Positions 25,518 to 37,769 of a stretch of 64,000 nt of DNA are shown piece after piece. The first letter of the stretch is position 1. Each line of letters starts with the position of its first letter. The notes beneath the pieces were generated by a model, which worked only from the letters and a program-made list of their open reading frames with translations, had not been told where the DNA came from and did not search any database. Where the stretch lies: contig CM097886.1 in NCBI GenBank assembly GCA_044892525.1, forward strand, positions 111,042,001 to 111,106,000. The letters are read 5' to 3'. A program made the translations under genes and the position numbers. This DNA is from Schmidtea polychroa (lineage: Eukaryota).

Positions 25518-28500
25518 AAATGTCACCATTGATAGCACCCACATTTGGTGACAACAATAATACTTTCACGGTGCATTCAAACAATACAGATTTTCTAATC
25601 GACATCGGTTCCGTGATCTCCCTATTACCACACTACTTATACACAAATGCAAAAAACTACAGAAAAGTCACTAACCGCTACCAATGGCTCCAAAATTAAA
25701 ACATTTGGCCAATATACAATAACACTCACAATAAATTCAAAAAAATACAGTTGGCCATTCACAATCGCAGAAGTACAACAGTCAATAATCTGGGCCGATT
25801 TCTTTGCAAATTACAACCTAATAGTGGACTGTCGAAACAAGAAAATAGTCGAAAACAACAAAACAGACAAAGAAACAGCCAGGAACACAACTTCAAACTC
25901 TTCGAAAGTAGACATCGGCGTGATTCAAACAAGTAGACCAACTATCAAAACAATTAAAACTATTGAACATGTACCAGAAATAGTCACACTACTGGCAAAA
26001 TACAATAAACTCTGCGAACCAGTAACTTTCGATGGAAATTCAAACCACACTACTGAACACGCAATACTGACAAACGGAAACCCAGTCCACTCAAAAGTAA
26101 GACCACTGGATCCAAAAAAAATAGAAATCACAAAAAATATATTTAACGAACTGTTGGAAAATAATATAGTAAAACATTCAAACTCAGAATGGTCTTCAGC
26201 ACTGATGCTAAAACAAAAAGCTAACGGGGAATGGAGAGCTTGTGGCGATTACAGACTCCTGAACAAAATAACAGAGCCCGACGGCTATCCATTACCGATA
26301 ATAAAAGACATAATAAATCGACTAAACGGCGCAAAATATTTTTCAAAAATTGACCTACAAAAAGCATATCATCAGATCCCAATTAGAAAAGAGGACATTA
26401 AAAAGACAGCAATAACAACACCGATCGGCATGTTCGAATACAACCGAATGCCTTTCGGTCTACGAAACGCCGCAGCAACTTTCCAACGATTCATGGATCA
26501 AACAATGAAAAACAACAAAAACACAATCGCTTATCTGGACGACATCCTAATAACAAGCCCAGACAAAGAAACACATCTAAAGGACGTGGAAAAAGTGTTC
26601 AAAACGCTGGACAATACAAAACTAAAAATAAACACTCAAAAGTGCGAATTTATGAAAACGGAAATAAATTCCCTTGGTCACACGCTAAACGACAAAGGAA
26701 CACAACCAATAGAAAACAAAATAAACAATATAAAAAACTACAAACTGCCGACAAACACAAGAGAGTTGGGGAGATTTCTAGGAATGGTAAACTTTTATCA
26801 TTCTTACATCCCAAATTGCAGCAACCTACTGGCACCACTAAACGACATCATCAAAACCAAACGAAACGTAACAATAAACTGGACACAACAAACAACCGAC
26901 ACATTCAATAAAGCCAAAGAAAGCCTATCAACGGCAACTCTACTCGGTTACCCAGATCCAGAACTAGAGTATCAACTAACTACAGACTGTTCTGGTTTTG
27001 CAATGGGCGCAACAATTTTCCAAGAAAATAAATTCGGCAAACTACCACTGGGATTTTTCTCGAAAAAACTAAAATCACATCAAACAAGATACTCAACATT
27101 CGACAGAGAACTCCTAGCAATACACGAAGCAATCAAACACTTTCAACATTTACTCGAAGGACGAACATTCAAAATATTCACAGACCACAAACCGCTAACA
27201 AACGCAATAGAAATGAAAAACCCTTCACCAAGGCAGATCAGACAAATCAATTTCATTTCACAGATCAACTGCACAATAAACTACGTAGCAGGAAAATCAA
27301 ACATAGCAGCAGATGCTCTATCCAGAATTGAAAGTGACATAAACGCCCTAGAATTCGGAGAAATAATTGAATTGGATCAAATCAAATCCAGACAAACCGA
27401 TACATTAAGCAAACTGCCTACTAAACACAGCCTGAAACTACAGGAACTCGACGGAATATGGCACGATGTCTCCAACGAAAGCAACAAACGAATCCTACTA
27501 CCCGAAGAACTCCGACAAGACTGCATAAAAAAGATACATACTATCAATCATCCGGGAAACAAAATAACATTCGAGTTAATACATAACAAATATGTATGGC
27601 CTCACATGCGGGAAGACATCAAAAATTACGTCAAAAGTTGCCACAGCTGCCAATTAAATAAAACAACAAAAAAACCTAAAACACAAAAAGTAAACTTCCC
27701 AAGCAGTGAAGCGTTTGAAACAATACACACATACGTAGTAGGACCACTACCACCAAACGACAACTACAAATATCTACTAACAATTATAGACAGAAAAACC
27801 AATTGGTTCGAAGCGATCCCAATAAAAGAAATCACAGCAAAAAATATCTGCGAAATGATCAAACTAAACTGGATAGCTCGTTACGGCCAACCGAAAACAA
27901 TCATAACTGATCAAGGCAGACAATTCGAATCAGAAATGTTCAAAATACTGTGCAATAAATACAATATCAAAAGAAATCGAACAACAGCTTACAACCCACA
28001 ATCAAATGGGAAAATCGAACGGTTCCACAGAACATTAAAAGAAAGCATCAGGACAAAAGCCAATGACCAAAACTGGTTAAACCAACTTCCAACAATATTA
28101 ATCGGACTAAGAAATAGCCTAAATTCAACAGATAATGAAAGTCCAGCATACAAAATTTTAGGAAAAGCAACAAACTTGCCATCACTTAAATCAGATAATA
28201 ACAAAAACACCGAAAACAGCAAACAAATAACAAACAAAAATAGCGAAACCACCGAACAGAAACCAAAAGGAATTTTAAAAAGAAGACCGGACTCCGAATT
28301 AGACGGAAAAATAGTATTAACAACAGATTTCATCCTAATAAAAAAACCATTCACAAAAGGATTCGAATCCAAATACGAGGGTCCATTCAAACTCCTAGAA
28401 GTTAACAAAAACGTCGCCACAATAATCAAAAACAACAACAAAATGAAAATAAACATAAGACGAATAAAACCCTATCACCAAAACAAAAACCCACCAAACA

Positions 28501-28658
28501 ACTCACCGCAAGACAAAACACAAACCCAAACACAAACAAAAAAACAACCAATTCACAAAAACATCACATTCAACCACAAAAATTCAATCAAAATATTCGA
28601 CAAAGACACAATACTGGCTCCACTATACAAAAAACGCTACAGCGAATGCTTTAAATAA
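25472..28658 (+). CDS. pol (protease-RT-RNase H-integrase), in the -1 frame to gag, with one frameshift near 25645
   Basis: FLIDIGSVISLLP, WRACGDYRLLN, YLDDILI, LTTDCSGFAMGA, HHCC zinc finger, ITDQGRQFES, NGKIERFHRTLK. Confidence 0.95.
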
Positions 28659-28885
28659 AAACACAAACATACACAAACAAACACACGCAAACAGCGTTAA
28701 TTGTACAGTTTTTATTTTTCTTGTAAATACAAAACAAAATGTAAATTTTTAATTTTATTGAAGTTGTAGATACAAGGAAACAGAAACAAAATACACAAAA
28801 ACATATAAAACATACGAAAAAAAAGGTTATTGAATGTAATTTTTTTTACGTTACTTTTTATTGATTCATGTTAACCTCCGGTTTT

Positions 28886-28896
28886 AAAGGGGGAAG
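28886..28896 (+). promoter_or_regulatory. Polypurine tract AAAGGGGGAAG
   Basis: Lies 3 nt upstream of the 3' LTR. Confidence 0.9.
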
Positions 28897-28899
28897 TTA

Positions 28900-29598
28900 T
28901 GTAATGTACAGTTATTTTTGTTAATATTTTAGTATTCACAATTAGGAATTGTGTATACTAAGATATAAAATACAACCATCTGGGAAATCCAGATTTTTAA
29001 TAAAAATCTATATAGCGATAATTTACTATAGTAAATTATCGCTATAGTAAATGACAAAAAAATTTTAAAAAATCAAAAAAAAAAATCAATGTCGAGTTGG
29101 AAATAGAAAATTAAAAATTGAGAATTAACAAATCTTATTTGAATTTTACTGCAAAACAGATTGTGAGTATTGTGAAGAAAGGAGAAAGAAGTTTTCAGAA
29201 AACGCAGATACTGTTTCATCAATCAGTTGTTTTTAATCGAACTATATTTGTACTTGAATCATATTTCTCGATATATAAATCTCCTAAATAGGTTATAGTG
29301 CAGAGAAAATCAAAGAAAATATTTTGAACTACAATTTACGAAAATCCAAGATTAACACGAGGTTTTATTTCTTTGTTATAATAAAGTTTAAAAGATGTAA
29401 CATTTTATTATTGTTTTGCGTTATATTCGTAACTTTATATTGTTTGTAATTATTATATTTTGAACATAGCACGCACCCCGATTGTCCCGCTACAAATTTT
29501 AACGGCGACTCTTTCGGGCTCTACAAAATCTTCAACAAAATAACATAAATTAACAATAATTAACAATAATAACGATAAAAACTACAACCTCCATTACA
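28900..29598 (+). repeat. 3' LTR (699 bp) containing a perfect 36-bp palindrome at 29011-29046
   Basis: Direct repeat of 23507-24141. Confidence 0.96.
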
Positions 29599-31098
29599 AT
29601 GGACATCTAGTATTACTGTGAAAATCTACTTATGTTGGCATTTTACTACTATATGGAGTTTGTGCTGATAGGGGCGGACGGATAAGCAAAACGACTAATC
29701 CTCGAATAATAGGAATTATTAACAAAAGCATCTATTATCATCAACAATTCGTAATTTTGTTTATCTGATCGAACTAAACTAATTTCCTGCAAATCGATGC
29801 CGATGAATATTGTGTGATTGTTTAATCAATAGTTATTTATGTCGACAATTCGATGATGTCTGTTTGACCGGATGTTTCATACTGAGGGCTATGCACTAGA
29901 AATTGATAAAACTACGACCTGGAAAAATCCGAAACCTACATGGACGTTATCGATCTTTGTTCCTATAGACAATTTGTATACTGATCAAGAGAACGTGGAT
30001 GTACTTTTAGAAGTCGAAACTAGCGATCTTGAAATGTAATCGAATTTCTTACTGAACGATGCGAAAGTACTCTAATCACCAAATGGAAAATTTAATAACA
30101 GACTCGGCTTCGATGTTGAACTTTTGGAAAATAAAACGCAGTCTCTGAAGGTCGTCTATCTCATGGAAATTTTCTCTATTCGAAATGTTGGAATTATAAT
30201 TCAATTGTCCTACAGTAACTCTTTCAACTGGAATATCTAGCCGTGCTGCCACTCGATGACGATACCCTGTCGGTTTCGATCAATCGTTCCATAATCATAA
30301 GGACTCCTGGTCTCGCAACTTATCACTATTCACCCAGCGACCACCGGCACAAGTGCCGACTATCTCCAGACCACCACGATAGACGGGTCAACCCATATTC
30401 ATTTTTAATAAAACACAAAAATTGATAATAATCCCGGAAAACTTAATAATAATCAATTAAAGTTATAAATGGAATTTAAATTATTTGTATCAAACTTACC
30501 CATCGACCATACCCCTTGGTTCTGAATATGATACTCTTGATTCTACTATTACTCAGTGTCATGACCTACAACTCTCTATGTACAATTCGTCGGAAATCTC
30601 ATTCAACTGACATTCTGTGTTCACGCTATCTCTACATCATCATATATACACCATTTATCTTCATCTTACATTCAGCATTTCATGCATATTCAATTCGAAC
30701 GTTACCATTTCCCTCATCGTCATCATCCAAATCGATCATGGTTATCATACTCAGAATCTGCAAGCGGTATATTCGCTGGATACGTGAAGAGAGAAGACAT
30801 AATGTGGTGGTTTTTAGATAATATTTTTCTCCATGACAATTACAATAATATTTATTAGTAGGTAGTTAGGAGCTCCCTGCCGCAATTACCCCCTGGGGGG
30901 GGGGTCTGCGGCAACTTTTTATTAAGCAATTGCGGCAACTCAAATTTTTTTGCTTTCAGGGAATTTTGGTCCAAATTGTTTTTTATCAGACTATAGCGAG
31001 GGGGTCTCGATGGTCCTGGGATTTTCAATACAAAATTTTTTTTTTCAATAGAAAAAGCTGGTCTTCAATAAAAAAGCATGGAATTTATCAGACTAGAG

Positions 31099-31680
31099 CA
31101 AGGGTGGGCACGCATGGGTTCAATAAGAGCCATTTTCCGAAAATTTATTTTTTACAGAGCCACCATAGTAAAGTACATATTTTTTTTTATTTCATTAATT
31201 TGATTAAAGAGACTTAAACGCTATTAAAAAAAAACAAAATAATTATTTCAAACATTAAGTAACAAACATAAAAATCCATTAATAAAAAGTAATAAAATTT
31301 CTTGAATTAACGAAGACTTTTGGTCAAATCTTTGAAATTTGGTGTATACTTTGTTAAAGCTGTTCGCAGCAATTCTGTAAGATGCTGATTGGTCAACTGT
31401 GAACGATATTTCGACTTTACGAACTTCATTGTGGAGTACAAAGATTCACAACAATATGTTGTACCAAAAATTGAAATTAGACGGCAAGCAGCTTGTTTTA
31501 AGTGTGGATATTTTGCCTCTGGTACGAGTTTCCAAAATTCAACTATAGAAGTAGATTTATGGTGCATTTGCAAAGCCTGGTCCTCTTTCATATCTAATAA
31601 CTCCAATTCCCCAACCGCTTTTTTAACAAGTATTACTTCAGAAATTGGAAATCCATCTTCAATAATATCACAAATAGTCA
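31099..31680 (-). mobile_element. 3' fragment of a Buster-type hAT inserted in the left TIR
   Basis: Terminus CAAGGGTGGGCA after GACTAGAG; dimerisation domain FWKLVPEAKYPHLKQAACRLISIFGTTYCCESLYSTMKFVKSKYRSQLT; absent from the right TIR. Confidence 0.88.
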
Positions 31681-31859
31681 CTATAGTGAGGTGGGTCTCC
31701 TTGGTCCTGGGATTTTCAATACAAAAAAAATTTTTTCAATACAAAAACGATGGTCCTGGGATTTTCAATACAAAAATCCGACTACCAGTAAAAAAGCATG
31801 GAATTTTCAGACTATAGTGAGGGGGTCTCGATGGTCCTGAGAAAAAGGTGGTCTACTCT

Positions 31860-32400
31860 AAAAAACGTGGTAAATTTTTTCAATTAAAGTAACTAATGGT
31901 TCTAAAAAATTAAATTACAGTAAATTATGGTCAAAAATTTTAAATTAAAGTAAATTATGGCTCAAATTTTTAAATTAAAGTAAATTATGGCTCAAATTTT
32001 TAAATTAAAGTAAATTATGGTCCTAAAAAATTAAATTACAGTAAATAATGGTCAAAAATTTTAAATTAAAGTAAATTATGGCTCAAATTTTTAAATTAAA
32101 GTAAATTATGGTCCTAAAAAATTATGGTCAAAAATTTTGAATTACAGTAAATTATGGTCCAAATTTTTCAATTACAGTAAATAATGGTTCTAAAAAATTA
32201 AATTACAGTAAATTATGGTCAAAAATTTTGAATTACAGTAAATTATGGTCCAAATTTTTCAATTACAGTAATCAATGGTTCTAAAAAAATTAAATTACAG
32301 CAAATTATGGTCCAAATTTTAAAATTAAGTATTCAATGGTAAAAATTTAAATAAGTAAATTAAAGTAATAATTTTTAAATAAGTAATGTAATAAGTAAAT
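31860..32400 (+). repeat. ~21-bp minisatellite (AAATTACAGTAAATTATGGTC-type)
   Basis: Tandem variants; inverted counterpart at 34403-35330, further copies at 50880-51180 and 56780-56880. Confidence 0.95.
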
Positions 32401-32629
32401 TAAAGTAAGATTTTAAAATTTATTAACAAATAATAGAAGGTGTTTGAGAATTGAAATTTTTTAATGAAAATTTTTATGAAATAATTTTTTAAGTAATTTT
32501 TAATAGAAATTTTAATGAAATATTTTTCAATGGTAACTTTTAATGGAAATTTTTATGGAATAATTTTTTAAGTTAATTTTTAATGGAAATTTTTATGAAA
32601 TATTTTTCAAAGACAAATTTTAATAATAA

Positions 32630-33270
32630 TTCAACAACAAACCAACAACTTAGTACCAACAACCAGTAACTTACGAACATGTATTAACAACCAGATACCT
32701 ACAACCAGTTACCTGATACCAAGTACCAACAACCAAAAACATGCAACCAACTAGGTACCAAGTACTAACAATCAAAAACATGCAACCAACTAGGTACCAG
32801 ATACTAACAATCAACTAACAACCAGGTACTAAGCATTATCAACCAACTACTAAGTACTAAAAACCAACAACAACCAGCTAACAACCAGGTACCACCTACC
32901 AAGTACTCACAACCGTCAACAACCAGGTACTAGATACCAAGTACTAACAATCAAAAACATGCAACCAACTAGATACCAGATACTAAAAATCAACTAACAA
33001 CCAGGTACTAAGCATTATCAACCAACTACTAAGTACTAACAACAAACCAACAACTTAGTACCAGCAACCAGTAACTTACGAACATGTATTAACAACCAGA
33101 TACCTACAACCAGTTACCTGATACCAAGTACTTACAACTAGTTACTAACAACCAGATACTTACAACTAGATACTAACAACTAGTTACCTGATAGCAACCA
33201 ACTAGGTACCACCTACCAAGTACACACAACAAACATCAACCAGATACCTACAACTAGTTACTAACAACCA
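32630..33270 (+). repeat. Strand-asymmetric complex repeat (CAACAACCAG/TACTAA modules)
   Basis: A/C-rich tandem modules; reverse-complement family at 49500-50730. Confidence 0.92.
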
Positions 33271-34084
33271 GTGTTGTTCCTAATTCTAAGCTGTAGGAAT
33301 TGTAGTCTATGATCGATTTGTCTCTTTCATCCGTTGAGTGTCCACTTTCATCTTCTGAGAGACTCTTTTCATTTTCGTGGATTTCATATATTTCTTCTGG
33401 GACATTTTTATTGTCCAAGTCCACTTCTTGTTCGTTTTCATTCCAATCAGGATCTGGTTTTTCTTGTGTTGTCTTTTTGGCTTCTGTTTCTTGATCTGCC
33501 TCATTATTTGGGGGACTTGTTATATGTTTGCCGAGTTTGAAGGATCTAGGTACTCCAACAATTGATTTATTCATCATGAAGTTGAAGAATTTTATTGTGA
33601 TTCTTTGATCTCGTATGTCATCGAATTCATATGTACTGAGTACTTTTTCTATTGAATTGATAAGCTTTTCATCCTCTTCCCTGAGTATTGGTTTGATCCT
33701 TTTTGTCCATTCTTCTGGAATTGTGTAATTTTTGAGGACTTCACGCCAGTTTATATTGCTGAGAGATTTGCACGCCTTTCTGATGATAAAATCTGTTAGA
33801 ATTATTGATGTATTCATATCTTTGAGTGTCTCACCCTTGTAGATGGTATTTATGGTGAAGAATTTCCGTGCTATGTTGAAGTCAGTTTTTGTGGTTTGTG
33901 ACTTTGTGATTCTGTTATAATTTTCCCTCGTAAACCATGGCAAGGTTTTTTCTCTTTTCTTATTTGCAATTTTCTGATTTAAGTCTTTAATAAACTTTGT
34001 TGCTCGGACATTATTCTCCTTGTGAGCCAATGACCTGCCCCCCGTATGGGGGCAATCTTGTAAGATTTTAAAATTTATTAACAA
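33254..34084 (-). CDS. Orphan ORF fragment (276 aa) carried inside the long-TIR element
   Basis: Stop-free in AT-rich DNA, with an acidic C-terminus; both ends run into element repeats; no recognised motif. Confidence 0.5.
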   Translation of the reverse strand: MLINFKILQDCPHTGGRSLAHKENNVRATKFIKDLNQKIANKKREKTLPWFTRENYNRITKSQTTKTDFNIARKFFTINTIYKGETLKDMNTSIILTDFIIRKACKSLSNINWREVLKNYTIPEEWTKRIKPILREEDEKLINSIEKVLSTYEFDDIRDQRITIKFFNFMMNKSIVGVPRSFKLGKHITSPPNNEADQETEAKKTTQEKPDPDWNENEQEVDLDNKNVPEEIYEIHENEKSLSEDESGHSTDERDKSIIDYNSYSLELGTTLVVSN

Positions 34085-36589
34085 ATAATAGAAGGTGTTT
34101 GAGAATTGAAATTTTTTAATGAAAATTTTTATGAAATAATTTTTTAAGTAATTTTTAATAGAAATTTTAATGAAATATTTTTCAATGGTAATTTTTAATG
34201 GAAATTTTTAAAAAATTAAATTACAGTAAATTATGGTCAAAATTTTTGAATTACAGTAAATTATGGTCCAAATTTTTCAATTACAGTAATCAATGGTTCT
34301 AAAAAAATTAAATTACAGTAAATTATGGTCCAAATTTTAAAATTAAGTAATCAATGGTAAAAATTTAAATAAGTAAATTAAAGTAATAATTTTTAAATAA
34401 GTAAATTATTACTTTAATTTACTTATTTAAATTTTTACCATTGATTACTTAATTTTAAAATTTGGACCATAATTTACTGTAATTTAATTTTTTTAGAACC
34501 ATTGATTACTGTAATTGAAAAATTTGGACCATAATTTACTGTAATTCAAAATTTTTGACCATAATTTACTGTAATTTAATTTTTTAGAACCATTATTTAC
34601 TGTAAATGAAAAATTTGGACCATAATTTACTGTAATTCAAAATTTTTGACCATAATTTACTGTAATTTAAATTTTTAGGACCATAATTTACTTTAATTTA
34701 AAAATTTGAGCCATAATTTACTTTAATTTAAAAATTTGAGCCATAATTTACTTTAATTTAAAATTTTTGACCATTATTTACTGTAATTCAATTTTTTAGG
34801 ACCATAATTTACTGTAATTGAAAAATTTGGACCATTATTTACTGTAATTCAAAATTTTTGACCATAATTTACTGTAATTCAAAATTTTTGACCATAATTT
34901 ACTGTAATTCAAAATTTTTGACCATAATTTACTGTAATTTAATTTTTTAGAACCATTATTTACTGTAATTGAAAAATTTGGACCATAATTTACTGTAATT
35001 CAAAATTTTTGACCATAATTTACTGTAATTTAAATTTTTAGGACCATAATTTACTTTAATTTAAAACTTTGAGCCATAATTTACTTTAATTTAAAAATTT
35101 GAGCCATAATTTACTTTAATTTAAAATTTTTGACCATTATTTACTGTAATTCAATTTTTTAGGACCATAATTTACTGTAATTGAAAAATTTGGATCATTA
35201 TTTACTGTAATTCAAAATTTTTGACCATAATTTACTGTAATTCAAATTTTTTGACCATAATTTACTGTAATTTAATTTTTTAGAACCATTAGTTACTTTA
35301 ATTGAAAAAATTTACCACGTTTTTTAGTGTAGACCACCTTTTTCTCAGGACCATCGAGACCCCCTCACTATAGTCTGAAAATTCCATGCTTTTTTACTGG
35401 TAGTCGGATTTTTGTATTGAAAATCCCAGGACCATCGTTTTTGTATTGAAAAAATTTTTTTTGTATTGAAAATCCCAGGACCAAGGAGACCCACCTCACT
35501 ATAGTCTGATAAATTCCATGCTTTTTTATTGAAGACCAGCTTTTTCTATTGAAAAAAAAAATTTTGTATTGAAAATCCCAGGACCATCGAGACCCCCTCG
35601 CTATAGTCTGATAAAAAAAAATTTGGACCAAAAATCCCTGAAAGCAAAAAAATTTGAGTTGCCGCAATTGCGTAATAAAAGTTGCCGCAGACCCCCGGGG
35701 GGGGGTAATGGCGGCAGGGAGCTCCTAACTACCTACTTTTATTCATATATAATAAAATAAAGATAAAAATAAAATTCAAATTTTACTCTTCTCCGTTTGA
35801 TGATTTCTCTAGTTTCAAAATTGTACTGGATTTGGTAGGCTGTATTAGAGTTTTTTCGGAGTTAAAATTATAGTTTTTAAGATTTCCTGTTTAATAAATT
35901 TTTCGGAGTTGCTAAATCGTACCTGTTCAAAATTTTTAGAAGTTAAGGAAATCAACCAAGTGTCTCTCTTATATAGAAATTTTCGTCCAATCAGTACTTA
36001 GTTCGTGTGTATTTTAATATTTTTTCTTATTTTTGTGTTTTTAATTGCTTTTCTTGTGTTATTTAATTGTTTTTCTTTTGTTAATTTATTAATTAATTTA
36101 ATTTATTTATTTTTCCTTATTTTTGTTAATTTCTGTTGGCTATTTTGTTTGCAATTTGCTGTTTTACTTTTTCCCTGTTTTTATTTGTTTTCAATGATTA
36201 ATTTTTATTTTCTTGTTTATATTTTACTCTTAGTATTTATTTTTATTCTGATTATTTATTTTCTTTTGTTTGTTAGTTATGGTTGGGTGTTTTTCCTATT
36301 TGTGGTTTATTTGTTATTGTTCGTATTTTCAATGATTTTGTTTTAATTGTTCTCTTCTTTTATTACCTATTTTTCCTACATTTGTTTGATTCACTCAATT
36401 TTATTTAGTACAGGATTTTTTTCTTTATAATTAATTTATTAAAAAGGGGAATTTTAGCGATTGGTTATTATTTTAATTTTTATAACTTCCAGACCAACAA
36501 ATCCATCCAACAATAGTCTGACTGAATCTCTTAATATTTTGAATATCACTGGTTTTGAATTTTTTTGTTCGTTCTCATTATGAATGGTC

Positions 36590-37200
36590 TATTGGGGATG
36601 ATCAAGTAGATCCAGTCTCCCCTCAACAGCTGACATTCTTATATTAAATTCTCCTTCCAGAGCTGCCATTCGCCAATTCACAGCTGCGACTTCTTTTTCC
36701 GCAGCTGTCACTGTTATATATTAAATTCTGCGACTTTTACCTACAAGCCTCCCACCGTTCCTTGCAAAGCTATTAGCTGTCACAATATTTGTGCCTGTAT
36801 AGGGTCAACTGGTGGCACACCTAGATGAACAGGTGGCACTTGTGTCGGAATATGAGGTACATGGGTTCTTAGCTGGTGCCTCTTGAGGTCAGTGAAGTGA
36901 AGGATCTATTGCATACTATGCACTGAACCTTCACTCTCTTGCTGAAATTTGAGATATCGAGGCCATGATCGATGTTGCATGCGACTGCTCCTCTCCCTCA
37001 CAGTTGCAATATCTTATGCAACCATGGGCTTTTGCTGCATTTCTTTTTTTCACCTTTTGGTATATATAATAATACAAACACTTTTTTAAACTATTTTTAC
37101 AAAAATTAAAATTTTCAATATTATACGTATAATTTAAATTAAATATTTTTCTTGCAATGATAAAATTATTTATTATGAAATCAATATATTTTAACGTATA
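36590..37200 (-). pseudogene. Zinc-finger/Pro-rich/coiled-coil cassette, copy 2
   Basis: ...DLKRHQLRTHVPHIPTQVPPV...AAEKEVAAVNWRMAALEGEFNIRMSAVEGRLDLLDHPQ*, with stops and a frameshift. Confidence 0.7.
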
Positions 37201-37319
37201 TTTAAAACACTAAATATATTTGCAACAATATTCAAGTCATATAGGTAATTCTAACAATGCTGAATTGAGCGAGCTGATAATTATGAGTATTTCTTTTTTG
37301 GCTGAGGATCTACTGGGGA

Positions 37320-37740
37320 TGCTCCAGTGCATCGACCCTCGCCTCAACCGCCTCAATCCTTTGTATTATTGTTGCATGGCCAACTGCCATATCAGCTCCC
37401 ATTTGTTGTTGCAGCTGTAATTTATCTGCTGCCATTGTTTGTTATATTTCTTGCAGCAGCTGCATTATTGCTGCATTATCAACTGGTTCATTTTGCGTAT
37501 CACCTAGTGCTGATTGCAGATTACCGACATTCACCACCACTTCGGCAACTGGGAGATTACTTTGTGCAGGTACCACCACCTCCCCAGCTACAATCACTTC
37601 TTGTATTACCACCACTTCGGCAACTGGAAGATGATCTGGGAGCGGCTCATTCACCTCTGGTGGTATGGGATGTTTATTTTTCATATGCCGCGCCAGCCCA
37701 GTGGCTCGTACATACCTGGGACACAGGTGACAATGCACCT
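37320..37740 (-). pseudogene. Diverged zinc-finger/coiled-coil paralogue
   Basis: MHCHLCPRYVRATGLARHMKNKH (C2H2-like); after a frameshift ends RIEAVEARVDALEHPQ*, similar to the copy 2 end. Confidence 0.65.
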
Positions 37741-37769
37741 TAGTATTAAAAAAATATTTTTTAATACTC

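Larger units (their letters stand above)
23507..29598 (+). mobile_element. Full-length Ty3/Gypsy LTR retrotransposon
   Basis: LTRs TGTAATG...CATTACA, 5-bp TSD ATGGA on both sides, PBS, PPT, and gag plus PR-RT-RH-IN order. Confidence 0.97.
30857..35737. mobile_element. Long-TIR non-autonomous element, Polinton/Maverick-like (alternatively Foldback-like)
   Basis: Termini AGTAGGTAGTTAGGAGCTCCCTGCCGC and its reverse complement; identical 6-bp flanks TTTATT; arms built from ~60-120-bp and ~21-bp tandem units. Confidence 0.75.

Noticed and set aside
30930-31217. ORFs within the TIR units (also 35368-35667 and 51172-51513)
   Set aside because: Translations of tandem-repeat DNA with no protein signal
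12001-31680. hAT 5' half (12-13 kb) and hAT 3' half (31 kb) as one split element
   Set aside because: Both are minus-strand but in the wrong order, and their TIRs differ
30960-35640. Regularly repeated GGTCCTGGGATTTTCAATAC units and 21-mers as a CRISPR array
   Set aside because: The sequence between repeats is itself repeated (no unique spacers), there are no cas genes, and the context is eukaryotic
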